A stretch of 58,123 nt of DNA from Deltaproteobacteria bacterium (GCA_029561465.1 JAKQIZ010000075.1:1-58123), one strand, 5' to 3'; counted from the stretch's first letter, positions 37,719 to 48,527 are shown. Numbers and translations: made by a program. The notes: generated by a model from the letters alone, not told the origin.

Positions 37719-38396
37719 ATGCCTTCAAAACTTAGGATACTATTTAGAACCAGATGGTTTCATTCTTTTCTCTACCATTTTATTCGGCTTTACAGCTTGA
37801 CGCTCAGGATACGGGTCGAGAATGAAAAAGGATGGATGGACCATCTCCGGAGCGGCGGCCGGGTCGTGTTGTGCACCTGGCACCAGCAATTCTTTGCCGC
37901 CATCGGACATTTCCAGAGCTACCGCGACTTCAAGCCGGCACTCATGATCAGTAAGAGTTCTGATGGCGAGATCATCGCGGATGTCGCCGAAAGAAGCGGT
38001 TGGCATGCGGTGCGGGGGTCTTCTTCACGGGGAGGGAAGGAAGCCTTGAGAAAAATGATCGACCATTTGAGCCTCACCGGGCTGGCCGGCCATATTCTGG
38101 ATGGGCCCCGGGGGCCGGCGGGGATTGTGAAGGCAGGTGTGATCGAGCTTGCCCATGCCGCCGATGCGGTCATCACCCCTTTTTACACCTCTGCCGACCG
38201 GGCCTGGTACTTCAACAGTTGGGATAATTTTATTTTACCCAAACCATTTGCCAAGGTATTAATATCCTTTGGAAATATGATCAAGCTGTTGCCCGTGGAG
38301 GATGCGATCGCCTTTGAGCGTCAGCGGCTTGAACTGGAAAAAACCATGATTCCTGAGTTGAGGGTAAAACCTGCCGGGAAATCTGCCCATATGTGA
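37719..38396 (+). CDS. DUF374/lysophospholipid acyltransferase family protein
   Basis: CTWHQQ, MISKSSDGE, VRGSSSRGG, DGPRGP, SWDNFILPKPF. Confidence 0.88.
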   Translation: MPSKLRILFRTRWFHSFLYHFIRLYSLTLRIRVENEKGWMDHLRSGGRVVLCTWHQQFFAAIGHFQSYRDFKPALMISKSSDGEIIADVAERSGWHAVRGSSSRGGKEALRKMIDHLSLTGLAGHILDGPRGPAGIVKAGVIELAHAADAVITPFYTSADRAWYFNSWDNFILPKPFAKVLISFGNMIKLLPVEDAIAFERQRLELEKTMIPELRVKPAGKSAHM

Positions 38397-38572
38397 TCAT
38401 GCCGCCACTAGCTTGATCAAGCTTTCAACGAGACATTTCCATTATCCGATCTGGACGCAAATTTGATTCCGATTTTTTCGTGATCATCCTGGGGCCGAAA
38501 TGATTCCCCCTTGCCCGGGGGGGCGTCTTTTGCTATATAATCATAAACAATGAAACAGGAGAGGATAGTCCC

Positions 38573-39880
38573 ATGATCTATAATGAGGAATTTGAAACCC
38601 TGCCCAGGGAAGCCCTGGAAGCCCTGCAACTCAAGCGGCTTCAGCAAGTGGTGCAGCGGGTGTATCACACCGTGGGCTTCTACAAGCGTACTTTCGATGC
38701 CGCCGGGGCGACGCCGGACGACATTCGGACGATCAGTGATCTGCAACGCCTTCCCTTCACCACCAAACAGGATCTTCGGGACAATTACCCCTTCGGTCTT
38801 TTCGCCGTTCCCATGAGCAGCGTCGTGCGGCTCCACGCCTCTTCGGGAACCACGGGACGGTCCACAGTGGTGGGCTATACCCACCGGGACATCGAAACGT
38901 GGTCGGAGCTCGTAGCGCGGTGCTTTGTGGCGGCGGGGCTGACCAAAAACGACATCATCCACAATGCTTATGGCTACGGCCTCTTCACCGGCGGTCTGGG
39001 CGCCCATTACGGTGCGGAGAAACTGGGGGCCAGCGTCATTCCCATGTCCGGGGGCAATACAAAGCGGCAGCTCATGATCCTCCAGGATTTCGGGCCCACG
39101 GCCATCTGCTGCACCCCCTCCTATGCCCTGAATCTGGCCGAGCAGGGAGGGGCCATGGGGGTGGATATGCGGGCCCTGAAACTCCGGGTCGGGATCTTTG
39201 GCGCCGAGCCCTGGAGTGACAAGATGCGTGACGAGATAGAAAACGTTATGGATATCACGGCCCTGAACATCTACGGACTTTCGGAGATCATGGGCCCCGG
39301 GGTGGCCATGGAGTGCCAGGAAGGCCGGGAGGGAATGCATGTCTTCGAAGACCACTTTCTGGTGGAAACCATTGACCCTGCGACGGGCAAAGTCCTGCCG
39401 CCGGGAGAAACGGGCGAACTCGTTTTTACCACCCTGACCAAGGAGGCCTTTCCCCTGATCCGTTACCGGACCCGGGACATCTCCCGGCTGATCACCGCCC
39501 CATGCCGGTGCGGGCGGACCCATTTCCGTATGGACCGGGTCGAGGGAAGAAGCGACGACATGCTGATTGTCAGGGGGGTGAACGTGTTCCCCTCCCAGAT
39601 CGAGGCGGTTCTCGTTGGCATCCAGGGCGTCGAGCCCCATTACCAGCTTATCGTTGATCGCGAGGGCACCCTGGATACCCTGGAGGTGCAGGTGGAGGTG
39701 AGCGACGCCCTCTTTTCCAATGCCGACGAAGTCCGGGTCCTCCAGAAGATCGAAAGACGCATCAGTAAGGATTTGAAAGACTATCTCGGCATCACGGCGA
39801 AGATCAAGCTGGTGGAGCCCAAGTCTATCCAGCGTTCCGAGGGCAAGGCCAGCCGGGTGATCGATAAACGACAGATTTGA
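38573..39880 (+). CDS. paaK: Phenylacetate-CoA ligase family
   Basis: [56 protein letters not shown]. Confidence 0.93.
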   Translation: MIYNEEFETLPREALEALQLKRLQQVVQRVYHTVGFYKRTFDAAGATPDDIRTISDLQRLPFTTKQDLRDNYPFGLFAVPMSSVVRLHASSGTTGRSTVVGYTHRDIETWSELVARCFVAAGLTKNDIIHNAYGYGLFTGGLGAHYGAEKLGASVIPMSGGNTKRQLMILQDFGPTAICCTPSYALNLAEQGGAMGVDMRALKLRVGIFGAEPWSDKMRDEIENVMDITALNIYGLSEIMGPGVAMECQEGREGMHVFEDHFLVETIDPATGKVLPPGETGELVFTTLTKEAFPLIRYRTRDISRLITAPCRCGRTHFRMDRVEGRSDDMLIVRGVNVFPSQIEAVLVGIQGVEPHYQLIVDREGTLDTLEVQVEVSDALFSNADEVRVLQKIERRISKDLKDYLGITAKIKLVEPKSIQRSEGKASRVIDKRQI

Positions 39881-39896
39881 CGGAGAGGTAAAACCC

Positions 39897-40328
39897 ATGA
39901 AAGTCGAACAGGTATCAGTGTTTTTGGAAAACAAGCCGGGCTCTCTGGAAGAGGTAACGAGGATTCTCAAAGAGGCGAACATCAACATTCGTACCCTGTC
40001 CCTGGCGGATACCACGGATTTTGGCATCCTCCGCCTCATTGTCAACAATGTTGATACCACCAGCCGGGTCCTCCGGGACAATGGATTCCGGGTCAGCCGG
40101 ACCACCGTCGTCGCCGTCGAGGTGCCGGATCGTCCCGGCGGTCTCCACAGCATCCTGGCGGTGCTTAAAAACGACAATATCTTGGTCGAGTATCTCTACG
40201 CCTTCGTGGAGAAAAGCGGGGAAAACGCCGTGATCATCTTCCGTTTCGATGATTCCGACGCCGCCATCGAAGTCCTCCGGAAGAATAATTTCAATGTGAT
40301 TTCGGGGGAGAAACTGTACAGCTTCTGA
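39897..40328 (+). CDS. ACT domain pair protein
   Basis: [11 protein letters not shown]...[14 protein letters not shown]...VPDRPGGL...EYLYAF. Confidence 0.9.
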   Translation: MKVEQVSVFLENKPGSLEEVTRILKEANINIRTLSLADTTDFGILRLIVNNVDTTSRVLRDNGFRVSRTTVVAVEVPDRPGGLHSILAVLKNDNILVEYLYAFVEKSGENAVIIFRFDDSDAAIEVLRKNNFNVISGEKLYSF

Positions 40329-40369
40329 AGGGACAAAAGATAAGCAATCAACCAAAGGAGGGTCGTGCG

Positions 40370-41047
40370 ATGAGAGGAAAATCGATGCGTTCGGCAGAAT
40401 CGCTGGTGGAGGAACAACTGGGAAAGTGGCGCCTGGCCGGGACCGAGAGAAAAAAGGAAAAGGCCAAGGTGGGTCCGGTGATAACCGTTTCCCGGGAATC
40501 CGGCTGCGGAGGCACCAAGATCGTCCAGAAACTGGCCAAAGAGCTGGGCTTCGATCTCATGGGCGGCAAGATAATTCAGATGGTGGCGGAAAGCGTCGAA
40601 ATGAGCGAGAAGGTCATCTGCTCCCTCGATGAAAAGGAGGTTACCAAACGGGACGACTGGCTGAACTCCCTTTTTGAAACCCGACACCTCTGGCCCGACC
40701 AGTACCTACACCACCTAACCAAGGTTATTGGTACCATCGGCCGTCATGGGAATGCCGTGATCCTGGGCCGGGGGGCCAACTATATCCTGCCCCAGGAAAG
40801 CACCTTCCGGGTGCGGATCATCGGCCCCTTCGACCTGCGGATCAAAAACGCGACCCGTACTACGGAAGATGAGGCCCGACGCTATCTCATCAAAGTTGAT
40901 GCAGACCGGGAGGCCTTCATACGAAAATACTTCAATGCCGACGTCAAGGATCCCGCCCACTATGACCTGGTCATCAATATGCGGGTCGTTTCCATCGACG
41001 GAGCAGTGAAAGCCGTCATCGCCGCCTTCAATTCCTGGAAACGCTGA
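40370..41047 (+). CDS. Cytidylate kinase-like family protein
   Basis: VITVSRESGCGG, VILGRGANYIL, DPAHYDLVIN. Confidence 0.85.
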   Translation: MRGKSMRSAESLVEEQLGKWRLAGTERKKEKAKVGPVITVSRESGCGGTKIVQKLAKELGFDLMGGKIIQMVAESVEMSEKVICSLDEKEVTKRDDWLNSLFETRHLWPDQYLHHLTKVIGTIGRHGNAVILGRGANYILPQESTFRVRIIGPFDLRIKNATRTTEDEARRYLIKVDADREAFIRKYFNADVKDPAHYDLVINMRVVSIDGAVKAVIAAFNSWKR

Positions 41048-41076
41048 GTGTGCAGGCAATGATGCTTGAGACCTAA

Positions 41077-42405
41077 ATGATTCTCAATATCCGCCGCAAA
41101 CTTTTCCTCGGTTATCTCGCGATGGCTCTTCTCACCATTGTGGCGAGTACATATGCCGTGGGACATCTGCGCTCCCTCAACAACCTGGCCGAAAAGATGA
41201 TCCATCAGGATGCCCGCCTCCTCGATCTGGAAAAGAAGATGATGGACGCCCTGTTAGCCTGGGAAGGGGTGGAAAAAAGATATCTGATCCTCAAAGATCC
41301 CTCTCTGGCGGACATCTTTTGGACCCGGAGCGAGGATTTTCAATCCCAGATAGAAAAACTCAAAGCAGAGGCCCTGCCGGAGCAGGTTCAGAACATCACC
41401 GCCCTGGCCACGCTGGCCAAGCAATACGCGGAGATCTTCGTGCGTGAGACCGTCCTGGTGGATGAGGATCGCCTCGATGAAGCGGCGGCCCTGTCGTCTC
41501 ACGAGGGGCGCCGGGTAATGGAAAAGATGGGGCTGGCATTGAGGGCCCTCCAGGTACAGACGGAGAAGAACATCGACAGCCGGATGAAGGCCATAAACAT
41601 CAAGGCTCTGGAAGCGAGCCACATGACCATCGCCCTGGCGGTGGCTAGCCTTCTTATCGGCATGATTTTGGCCGCTGCCATTACCTTTAATATATCCAGG
41701 CGGTTACGAAAACTCGAAGTGGCGACGGGAGATGTCGCGGAAGGTAATTTCGACCGGGAGATCGATATCCGAGGGGAAGACGAAATCTGTAGCCTTGCCG
41801 CGGCATTCAATACCATGACCAAACGCCTCAAGGTTCTGGAGGCCATGAACATCGATGCCAGCCCCCTTACGGGATTACCGGGCAATCTGGCCATTGAGCA
41901 GGAAATCCGTCGCCGCCTGGAATTGAAGAAACCGTTTTCTCTATGTCATCTTGATCTGGACAATTTTAAGCCCTTTGCCGATCATTATGGATACGCCTGG
42001 GGGAGCGAGGTCATCAAGGAGGTGGCGGTGATTCTCGACGAGGGCAAGCGGATTCGGGGCGAGGCCGGGGATTTCATCGGTCATATCGGCGGGGATGACT
42101 TCATCCTTATCACGGAACCGGCACGGGCGGAAGGGCTCTGCGGCTTTATTGTGGCCGAGTTTGACGAACGAGTCCAGAGGTTTTACAGCGAAGAAGACCG
42201 CCGGCGGGGCTTCATCCTTGCCAAGGATCGCCAAGGACGGCTTCAGGAATTCCCCCTGATCACCATTACGATCTCCATCGTCAGCGATGACGGTTCGCAG
42301 TATCATAACCCCCTGGAGATGGCCAAGATGGCGGCGGAGGTGAAAAATTACGGCAAATCCCTGGCCGGAAGCAAATATGTCCATAGAGAAGACATGCCGG
42401 GCTGA
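41077..42405 (+). CDS. Membrane HAMP + GGDEF diguanylate cyclase
   Basis: 2 TM helices with periplasmic helical sensor, HAMP (EDEICSLAAAFNTM), PLTGLPGN, DLDNFK, IGGDDF. Confidence 0.9.
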   Translation: MILNIRRKLFLGYLAMALLTIVASTYAVGHLRSLNNLAEKMIHQDARLLDLEKKMMDALLAWEGVEKRYLILKDPSLADIFWTRSEDFQSQIEKLKAEALPEQVQNITALATLAKQYAEIFVRETVLVDEDRLDEAAALSSHEGRRVMEKMGLALRALQVQTEKNIDSRMKAINIKALEASHMTIALAVASLLIGMILAAAITFNISRRLRKLEVATGDVAEGNFDREIDIRGEDEICSLAAAFNTMTKRLKVLEAMNIDASPLTGLPGNLAIEQEIRRRLELKKPFSLCHLDLDNFKPFADHYGYAWGSEVIKEVAVILDEGKRIRGEAGDFIGHIGGDDFILITEPARAEGLCGFIVAEFDERVQRFYSEEDRRRGFILAKDRQGRLQEFPLITITISIVSDDGSQYHNPLEMAKMAAEVKNYGKSLAGSKYVHREDMPG

Positions 42406-42433
42406 CCGGGAAAAGAAAACAACGGCGAAAGTC

Positions 42434-42997
42434 ATGAAAATAATTGATATTACAGAGCAATCTCTTTATCGCCGACTGATGCCTCTGCTGCTGGCCGCGG
42501 TCGTGACCGTCCTGGCGGCCTGTGCGGCGAAAGGTCCGCCGCCTCCCCCGGGAAGCCTGGCGGCCCGATTCCAGTCCGATACCGCCCTGTTCCAGGAGGG
42601 ATATGAACGACTCCGGGGAGTGGATAGACAAAAGGATGAAGCGATAGCCCGGCAGGCATTCGTCCTACTAATGGAACAATATCCCAAAAGCAAATGGCGT
42701 GGTTACGCCGAGCTGTATCTCCGCCTCCTGAACGAAGAGCAACGGCTCCAAAAAGAATTGCAGGACCTCCATAACCGGGTACAGGCGGACCGGCAGGGCG
42801 CGGCCGTCCGGGAAGCGGGGTTGGAAAAGGAGCGGCAGGAACTGCGATCCCTTCTCGAGCAGGAGCGTGCAGACGCGGCCCGGCTGCAACGGGAGAACCA
42901 GTCCCTGCGTCATGAGAACGACCGGCTTCAGAACAATATCGACTCCCTGAAACGACTGGAGATCGAGTTGGATCGGCGGGACAAGCTCTACCGCTGA
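42434..42997 (+). CDS. Coiled-coil lipoprotein (QseG/YfhG-like)
   Basis: Lipobox VLAAC, YPKSKW TPR-like motif, C-terminal coiled coil ending IDSLKRLEIELDRR. Confidence 0.7.
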   Translation: MKIIDITEQSLYRRLMPLLLAAVVTVLAACAAKGPPPPPGSLAARFQSDTALFQEGYERLRGVDRQKDEAIARQAFVLLMEQYPKSKWRGYAELYLRLLNEEQRLQKELQDLHNRVQADRQGAAVREAGLEKERQELRSLLEQERADAARLQRENQSLRHENDRLQNNIDSLKRLEIELDRRDKLYR

Positions 42998-43488
42998 AGG
43001 ACCAGGGAGAGGCCCAGGGCCGTTTTCACATCCCGAATAGAACCGCCGACCAGTAACTCGCGGGCCTCCGCCGACGATACCCTGACGATGGCGATGTCTT
43101 CGTCGGCGTCGGGAGGAAGGGGGGCCGCCTCCAGGTCCTCGGCCAGGTAGAAATGCATATACTCGTTGCCGTAGCCGGGGAGGAGATAACCTTCGAAAAG
43201 TTTGGTGATCCGGCTGGCGCGATAACCCGTTTCCTCCCGTAATTCCCTTTGGACGCAAAGCTCCGGCGTCTCCCCTCGGTCGATGTTTCCCGCGGGTATT
43301 TCCAGAAGATAACCGCCCGTGGCATGGCGGTACTGGCGGATCAAAAGAAAGTTGCCGGTTTCGTCCCGGGGCACCACGGCGATGCAGGGGTTATGGTCGA
43401 TCCAACTCAGGCGGGAGCGGTGGCCGTTGGGCAGGGTGACTTCTTCTTCCAGAACCTTGAAGATGCGGCAGGTATAGACAACCGGCAT
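42988..43488 (-). CDS. NUDIX hydrolase (ADP-ribose pyrophosphatase-like)
   Basis: IRQYRH, Nudix box EIPAGNIDRGETPELCVQRELREETG. Confidence 0.9.
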   Translation of the reverse strand: MPVVYTCRIFKVLEEEVTLPNGHRSRLSWIDHNPCIAVVPRDETGNFLLIRQYRHATGGYLLEIPAGNIDRGETPELCVQRELREETGYRASRITKLFEGYLLPGYGNEYMHFYLAEDLEAAPLPPDADEDIAIVRVSSAEARELLVGGSIRDVKTALGLSLVLQR

Positions 43489-43508
43489 GAGCCTTTCCTT
43501 TCGGGTGA

Positions 43509-44075
43509 TCAGTTCGGTTTTATGACCGCCAGGAGGCGGCGTTCGATCTCTTCCTTGGGAAGGGCGCCGACGGCGCGGCTGAGGAGCTTGCCATCCCGGA
43601 AGAAAAGCAGGGTGGGGATGTTGCGGATGTCGAACTGGGCGGCGGTGACGGGATTTTCATCCACATTTAGTTTGGCGATCCGGACTCCTCCGGCGTATTT
43701 CGCCGCCAGTTCCTCGAGGATGGGCGCCACTGTCCGACAGGGGGCGCACCAGGGGGCCCAACAATCAACGATCACGGTTCCGGGCGCCGTCAATACCTCG
43801 CGGGTGAAGGCGGCGTCGGTAATGTCGAAAGGTTGGCCGGTGTCACCACCGACGACCAGCGGGACGCCGCACCGGCCGCAGAGCGGTCGTTCATTGAGTC
43901 TTGTCTCCGGCATGCGGTTTTTCGTCCCGCAGCTCAGACAGCGGATGATCATGTCATCCAGGGGCGCCCGACATTTGCCGCAGGTCGGGCGGTCCTGCAT
44001 CCGTTCCCTGGGGATGCGGTTTTTCGTCCCGCAATTCAAACAGCGGACGATGATCTGTTCATCTGATCCGGGCAT
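43509..44075 (-). CDS. trxC: Thioredoxin TrxC-like with two N-terminal zinc ribbons
   Basis: Two CxxCGTKNR...CGxC repeats; WAPWCAPC active site; IRNIPT. Confidence 0.85.
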   Translation of the reverse strand: MPGSDEQIIVRCLNCGTKNRIPRERMQDRPTCGKCRAPLDDMIIRCLSCGTKNRMPETRLNERPLCGRCGVPLVVGGDTGQPFDITDAAFTREVLTAPGTVIVDCWAPWCAPCRTVAPILEELAAKYAGGVRIAKLNVDENPVTAAQFDIRNIPTLLFFRDGKLLSRAVGALPKEEIERRLLAVIKPN

Positions 44076-44083
44076 CGACGGTC

Positions 44084-44572
44084 TCACCTTTCTATCGCCG
44101 CCTGCACCGGGATAGGGTGCAGGATCCGGTTGAGTTCCGCAGGGTTCATTTCCGCCAGAATTCCCCGGTGGCCGGCATTGATGAGGATGAGGGGCAAAGA
44201 GAGAATCGTCTCCTCGATATAGATGGGCAATCGCTTTCTGGTTCCGAAGGGAGAGGTGCCCCCGACCTTGTAGCCGGTATGACGCTCCGCAACTTTGGGA
44301 TCGCAAGGGCTGACCGCCTTGACACCGAGAATCCGCGCCAGGGATTTCGTCGAAACGTCCCGATCGCCGTGCATGAGGACGATCAGGGGGCGGCCGTTTT
44401 CATCTTCCATGACCAGAGTCTTGATGACCTTGTGCTCGTCCACGCCCAGTTCCCGGGCGGAGATCCGGGTTCCGCCCCGGTCCACGTATTTATAAGCCAA
44501 GAGCCGGAAAACCGCCTCATGACTTTTCAATTCCCGCATGGCCGGCGTCATGGGGAATTTCTCTTTGGACAT
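44084..44572 (-). CDS. ybaK: Cys-tRNA(Pro) deacylase YbaK family
   Basis: TPAMREL, VIKTLV, TGYKVGGTSPFG, INAGHRG. Confidence 0.9.
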   Translation of the reverse strand: MSKEKFPMTPAMRELKSHEAVFRLLAYKYVDRGGTRISARELGVDEHKVIKTLVMEDENGRPLIVLMHGDRDVSTKSLARILGVKAVSPCDPKVAERHTGYKVGGTSPFGTRKRLPIYIEETILSLPLILINAGHRGILAEMNPAELNRILHPIPVQAAIER

Positions 44573-44729
44573 GAGAACCTCTGCTGCGCTGTAAAATATT
44601 CATTCCGTACGGGAGAGTCAATATTACGCTGACTCACCATACCCGAAAATGCCCGTTATGTAAAGATCAGGACTTTTTCGCTGTTTTGTTGTATATACGT
44701 CGGCATTTAAGGGATTGCAGGAGGGCGGC

Positions 44730-46088
44730 ATGCGCGTCATCATCATCGGCGCCGGCGAGGTCGGCTATCACATTGCAAAAAAACTGTCCGAGGAGAACCA
44801 GGAAGTGGTCCTCATCGACCAGGATCCCGCCAAGATCCGGAGGATCAACGAGAATCTGGACGTGCAATCCTTTCTAGGGTCCGGAACGAGTCCCCAGGCC
44901 CTCCGTGCCGTGGGCATCGAGGAGGCGGAATTGCTGGTGGCCGCCACGGACAGCGACGAGGTGAACCTGATTGCCTGCCTGCTGGCAAGGAATCTCAACC
45001 GTCACATGGTCAAGGTGGCCCGGGTACGTAACCGGGAGTATTTGCAGGAGCAGTCGCTGTTCAGCAAGGACCTCCTCGGGGTGGATCTCCTCATCAACAC
45101 CCGGGACATGATGGTGGAGACGATCCTGGGACTCATGGAAGTCCCCGGGGCGTCAGAGGTCATCGATTTTGTGGGCGGCAAGGTGAAGATGGTGAGCTTC
45201 CTCATCTCCGGCGACTCGCCCCTGGCCGGCAAAAAGCTCAGTGATTTGAAGGCCTATGAGGGTAATCTCCTGGTCGGGGCCATCGTCCGGGGCCACAAGA
45301 TCGTCATCCCCAGCGGCCGGGATACCATCCAGCCCCACGATCTGGTCTATTTCGTCATGAAGAAGACCGAACTGGAAGGCTCCCTGGCCCAGTTCGACAT
45401 GGCGAACCGGCCCATGAAAAACATCATCATCGTCGGGGCGGGGGAGACGGGAATGGCCATCGCCAAAGCTCTGGACGAGCGGCGCCTGAACGTCAAGATC
45501 ATCGATCAGGACGGCGAAAGATGTAAAAAGATGGCCGGCATCCTGAAGCGGGTGATCGTGATCCGGGGTGACGGAGCAGACCGGGACCTCCTCCGGGAGG
45601 AAAATGCCGGAGAGATGGACCTGATCATCGCCGTGACGGGGGACGAGGAGAGCAATGTCCTGATCTCCCTGCTGGCCAAGGAACTGGGCGGCCGGCGCAC
45701 TATCACCCGGGTGAGCAAGCTGAGTTATATGTCCATCGTCTCCGCCGTGGGGCTGGATACGGTCATCAACCCCCGCATGGCGGCGGTGCGGGCGATCCTC
45801 CAGTACATCCGTCGGGGCCGGATCCTGTCCGTGGCGCCCCTGCGGGAGGAACAGGCCGAGGCCATCGAGGCGGAGGCCATGGAAACCTCGGATATCGTCA
45901 ACACCCCCCTGTGCCGGGTCAACTTTCCTCCCGGCGCCATCCTGGGCGCCATCGTCCGGGGCGAGGAGATCATTATTCCCCAGGGTGACACCATCGTCCT
46001 TCCCCATGACCGGATCATCATCTTCGCCCTCCAACAGGTCCTTCCCAAACTTGAAGAACTGCTGACTGTAAAGCTGGAGTATTTTTGA
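44730..46088 (+). CDS. trkA: Trk potassium uptake NAD-binding subunit
   Basis: Two RCK_N (GAGEVG, GAGETG) plus RCK_C domains. Confidence 0.95.
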   Translation: MRVIIIGAGEVGYHIAKKLSEENQEVVLIDQDPAKIRRINENLDVQSFLGSGTSPQALRAVGIEEAELLVAATDSDEVNLIACLLARNLNRHMVKVARVRNREYLQEQSLFSKDLLGVDLLINTRDMMVETILGLMEVPGASEVIDFVGGKVKMVSFLISGDSPLAGKKLSDLKAYEGNLLVGAIVRGHKIVIPSGRDTIQPHDLVYFVMKKTELEGSLAQFDMANRPMKNIIIVGAGETGMAIAKALDERRLNVKIIDQDGERCKKMAGILKRVIVIRGDGADRDLLREENAGEMDLIIAVTGDEESNVLISLLAKELGGRRTITRVSKLSYMSIVSAVGLDTVINPRMAAVRAILQYIRRGRILSVAPLREEQAEAIEAEAMETSDIVNTPLCRVNFPPGAILGAIVRGEEIIIPQGDTIVLPHDRIIIFALQQVLPKLEELLTVKLEYF

Positions 46089-47539
46089 TGAATTTTCGCC
46101 TCATCGCCTATCTGGTGGCCGTTCTGTTGTTCTGCATCGGACTGTCCATGACGGCGCCCCTGGGTGTTGCCCTCTATTACGGCGACGGCAGCGCCCCGGC
46201 CCTGCTGGGTTCTCTTTTACTGACCTGCGGCGCCGGGGGCGGGGTATTTTTCCGAACCCGGGGACAGGAGGACTTCTATCTGAGCCATCGGGACGGGGTG
46301 GCCATCGTCACCCTGGGCTGGCTGGCCGCGGGCCTGGCGGCGACGCTGCCCTATCTGCTTTCCGGGGCGATTCCCGACTTTACGAATGCTTACTTCGAGA
46401 GCATCTCCGGATTGACGACCACGGGATCGAGCATCTTTAAGGACGTCGAAGTGCTGCCCCAGGGCATCCTCTTCTGGCGCGCCCAGACCCAGTGGCTGGG
46501 GGGGATGGGGATCATCGTCCTTTCCATTGCCATCCTCCCCTTTCTCGGCATCGGGGGCATGCAGCTCTACAAGGCCGAAACCCCCAGTCCCGTGGTGGAC
46601 AAACTGACTCCCCGGATCTCCGATACCGCTCAGGCCCTCTGGAAGATCTACATTGTCCTCACTATAATTCAGATCTTCCTCCTCATGTCCGGGGGGATGG
46701 ACTGGTTCGATTCCATCTGCCATACCTTCGCCACCATGCCCACCGGCGGCTTTTCTCCAAAAAACGCCAGCGTCGGCCACTACCAAAGCGTCTATATCGA
46801 TTTCGTCATCGTCCTGTTCATGTTCGTGGCGGGGATGAATTTCTCCCTGCATTACAAGCTGGTGAAAGGGAATGTCCGGCAGTTCTTCCGGGATCCGGAA
46901 TTTCGCTCCTATCTGTTCATCACCGCGGCGATCATCCTGGTGATCACCATCGATCTTTACGGAGCCGCGATCTACAAGGGGATCTTCGATGCCTGCCGCT
47001 ATGCCGCCTTCCAAGTGGTGTCCATCATGACCACCACCGGTTTCGTCACCGCGGATTTCGAGCAGTGGCCGGTATTGTCCCAGCAACTCCTGCTGCTCTG
47101 CATGTTTCTGGGGAGCATGGCCGGATCAACGGGGGGCGGCATCAAGATCATGCGCATCGTCCTGCTGCTCAAACACTGCTATCTGGAGATCTTCCGCATC
47201 ATCCATCCCCATGCCACCACCGTGGTGAAGCTGGGGGAGATACCCGTTCCCCAGACCATCATGCGGAGCATCTGGGGTTTTTTTCTCCTCTACGTGGGGA
47301 TTTACATCGTCGCCACGGTGGCGATGGCAGCTTTGGGGCTGGACATGATCTCCTCGATCTCCGCTGTGGCCACCTGCCTGGGGAACGTGGGTCCCGGTCT
47401 GGGCAGCGTGGGCCCCATGGACAACTTCTCCGGGGTGCCCGTCCTGGGCAAGTGGCTCCTCATCTTCTGCATGCTCCTGGGGCGCCTGGAGATCTACACG
47501 ATCATCGTCCTGCTCATGCCGGGCTTCTGGAGGAAGTAA
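46088..47539 (+). CDS. trkH: Trk potassium uptake membrane subunit
   Basis: FESISGLTTTG, QWLGGMG, TGGF, GSTGGGIK, GNVGPG, MLLGRLE. Confidence 0.95.
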   Translation: MNFRLIAYLVAVLLFCIGLSMTAPLGVALYYGDGSAPALLGSLLLTCGAGGGVFFRTRGQEDFYLSHRDGVAIVTLGWLAAGLAATLPYLLSGAIPDFTNAYFESISGLTTTGSSIFKDVEVLPQGILFWRAQTQWLGGMGIIVLSIAILPFLGIGGMQLYKAETPSPVVDKLTPRISDTAQALWKIYIVLTIIQIFLLMSGGMDWFDSICHTFATMPTGGFSPKNASVGHYQSVYIDFVIVLFMFVAGMNFSLHYKLVKGNVRQFFRDPEFRSYLFITAAIILVITIDLYGAAIYKGIFDACRYAAFQVVSIMTTTGFVTADFEQWPVLSQQLLLLCMFLGSMAGSTGGGIKIMRIVLLLKHCYLEIFRIIHPHATTVVKLGEIPVPQTIMRSIWGFFLLYVGIYIVATVAMAALGLDMISSISAVATCLGNVGPGLGSVGPMDNFSGVPVLGKWLLIFCMLLGRLEIYTIIVLLMPGFWRK

Positions 47540-47611
47540 GACTGAATCCGGCGGTTCGCGATCAACAGATCTTGGAAGAACGGCATCACAAGGAAAAACT
47601 ACTTTTCCCTC

Positions 47612-47719
47612 GTCGGCTATTACGGCTTTCACGGTGAAGAGATCCTGACGGAAAACGATCCGCCGGGGACGGATTTCCTGGCGTCCCTGGCCGCCGACTG
47701 GGAGCGGGAGGCCCTGGCG
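47612..47719 (+). pseudogene. Internal fragment of a TIGR01777/YfcH-type epimerase
   Basis: Reads VGYYGFHGEEILTENDPPGTDFLASLAADWEREALA with no start codon or Rossmann N-terminus. Confidence 0.7.
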
Positions 47720-47798
47720 GATCTGCTGGCCACGAAACGAAGAAAATATCGATCCGCCGGACCGCCGGCCGGCTGCGGAAAAAAGCGGGGTGCCAGGA

Positions 47799-48275
47799 TC
47801 AGGGACAGACGGCCCCCGCCAATTGCTGCCATAGGCTTCCGGGCTTGACGGCCTTCCAGGGAGCCCGGGCGTCGGAAGTCGTCTGGAGGGCCCGGTCGGC
47901 GGCGTCGCGGAACTGGATGACGAGAAACCGCAGCCGCTGCTTCGGACAGTCCAACTCCATCACCAGAACGAGATAATAAAAATTCTCCAACGATTCTTTA
48001 TAGGTAGGGATTTCTCTCCGGAGGCGCCGGCGGAAGATGCTGTCGGGGGTGGGCTTGATCAGGGCCGGCACCACGACCTTTCCCGGTGCGGAGCGAGTCA
48101 GGCGCGTCTTATCGATAAAGATGGCGTCCCGGTATCTGGTAAAACCGAGGAAACTCCAGGGATTATCCCCGGCGTTATCAGCATGTGCCCCGCCCGGGAC
48201 GAGGATCAACAATAACAAGCCCAGCAGACAACCGCCGGTCCGGCGCTGGCTGCCCCTCTTTGACGACCGGTTCAC
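47799..48275 (-). CDS. Exported hypothetical protein (surface-adhesin E-like)
   Basis: GAGGAGG RBS before GTG; signal peptide ending AHA; W...IFIDK...ELDC...W.xV.PGS...VC pattern. Confidence 0.6.
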   Translation of the reverse strand: MNRSSKRGSQRRTGGCLLGLLLLILVPGGAHADNAGDNPWSFLGFTRYRDAIFIDKTRLTRSAPGKVVVPALIKPTPDSIFRRRLRREIPTYKESLENFYYLVLVMELDCPKQRLRFLVIQFRDAADRALQTTSDARAPWKAVKPGSLWQQLAGAVCP

Positions 48276-48527
48276 CGTTCCCTCCTCTTGCCGGTTCCTG
48301 ATCATGGTCTTACACTTCTTTCCGGAGCGGGAAGCATGAGGGCGAAAAGAAGACCGTCCTCCTCAGCTCCCGGCTTAGCGGTCCAAAGGGGTAATGAGGG
48401 GCCGAAGCCCGAACCCGGTGTGACGTCGGGAAGATGAATTTGTCCTTTGACAGCCGCCACGGATCTATTGTAACAGAGATACGGGAGGTTTCCCAGCTTT
48501 GATTGCCGAAACAGGAGACACATCTTC

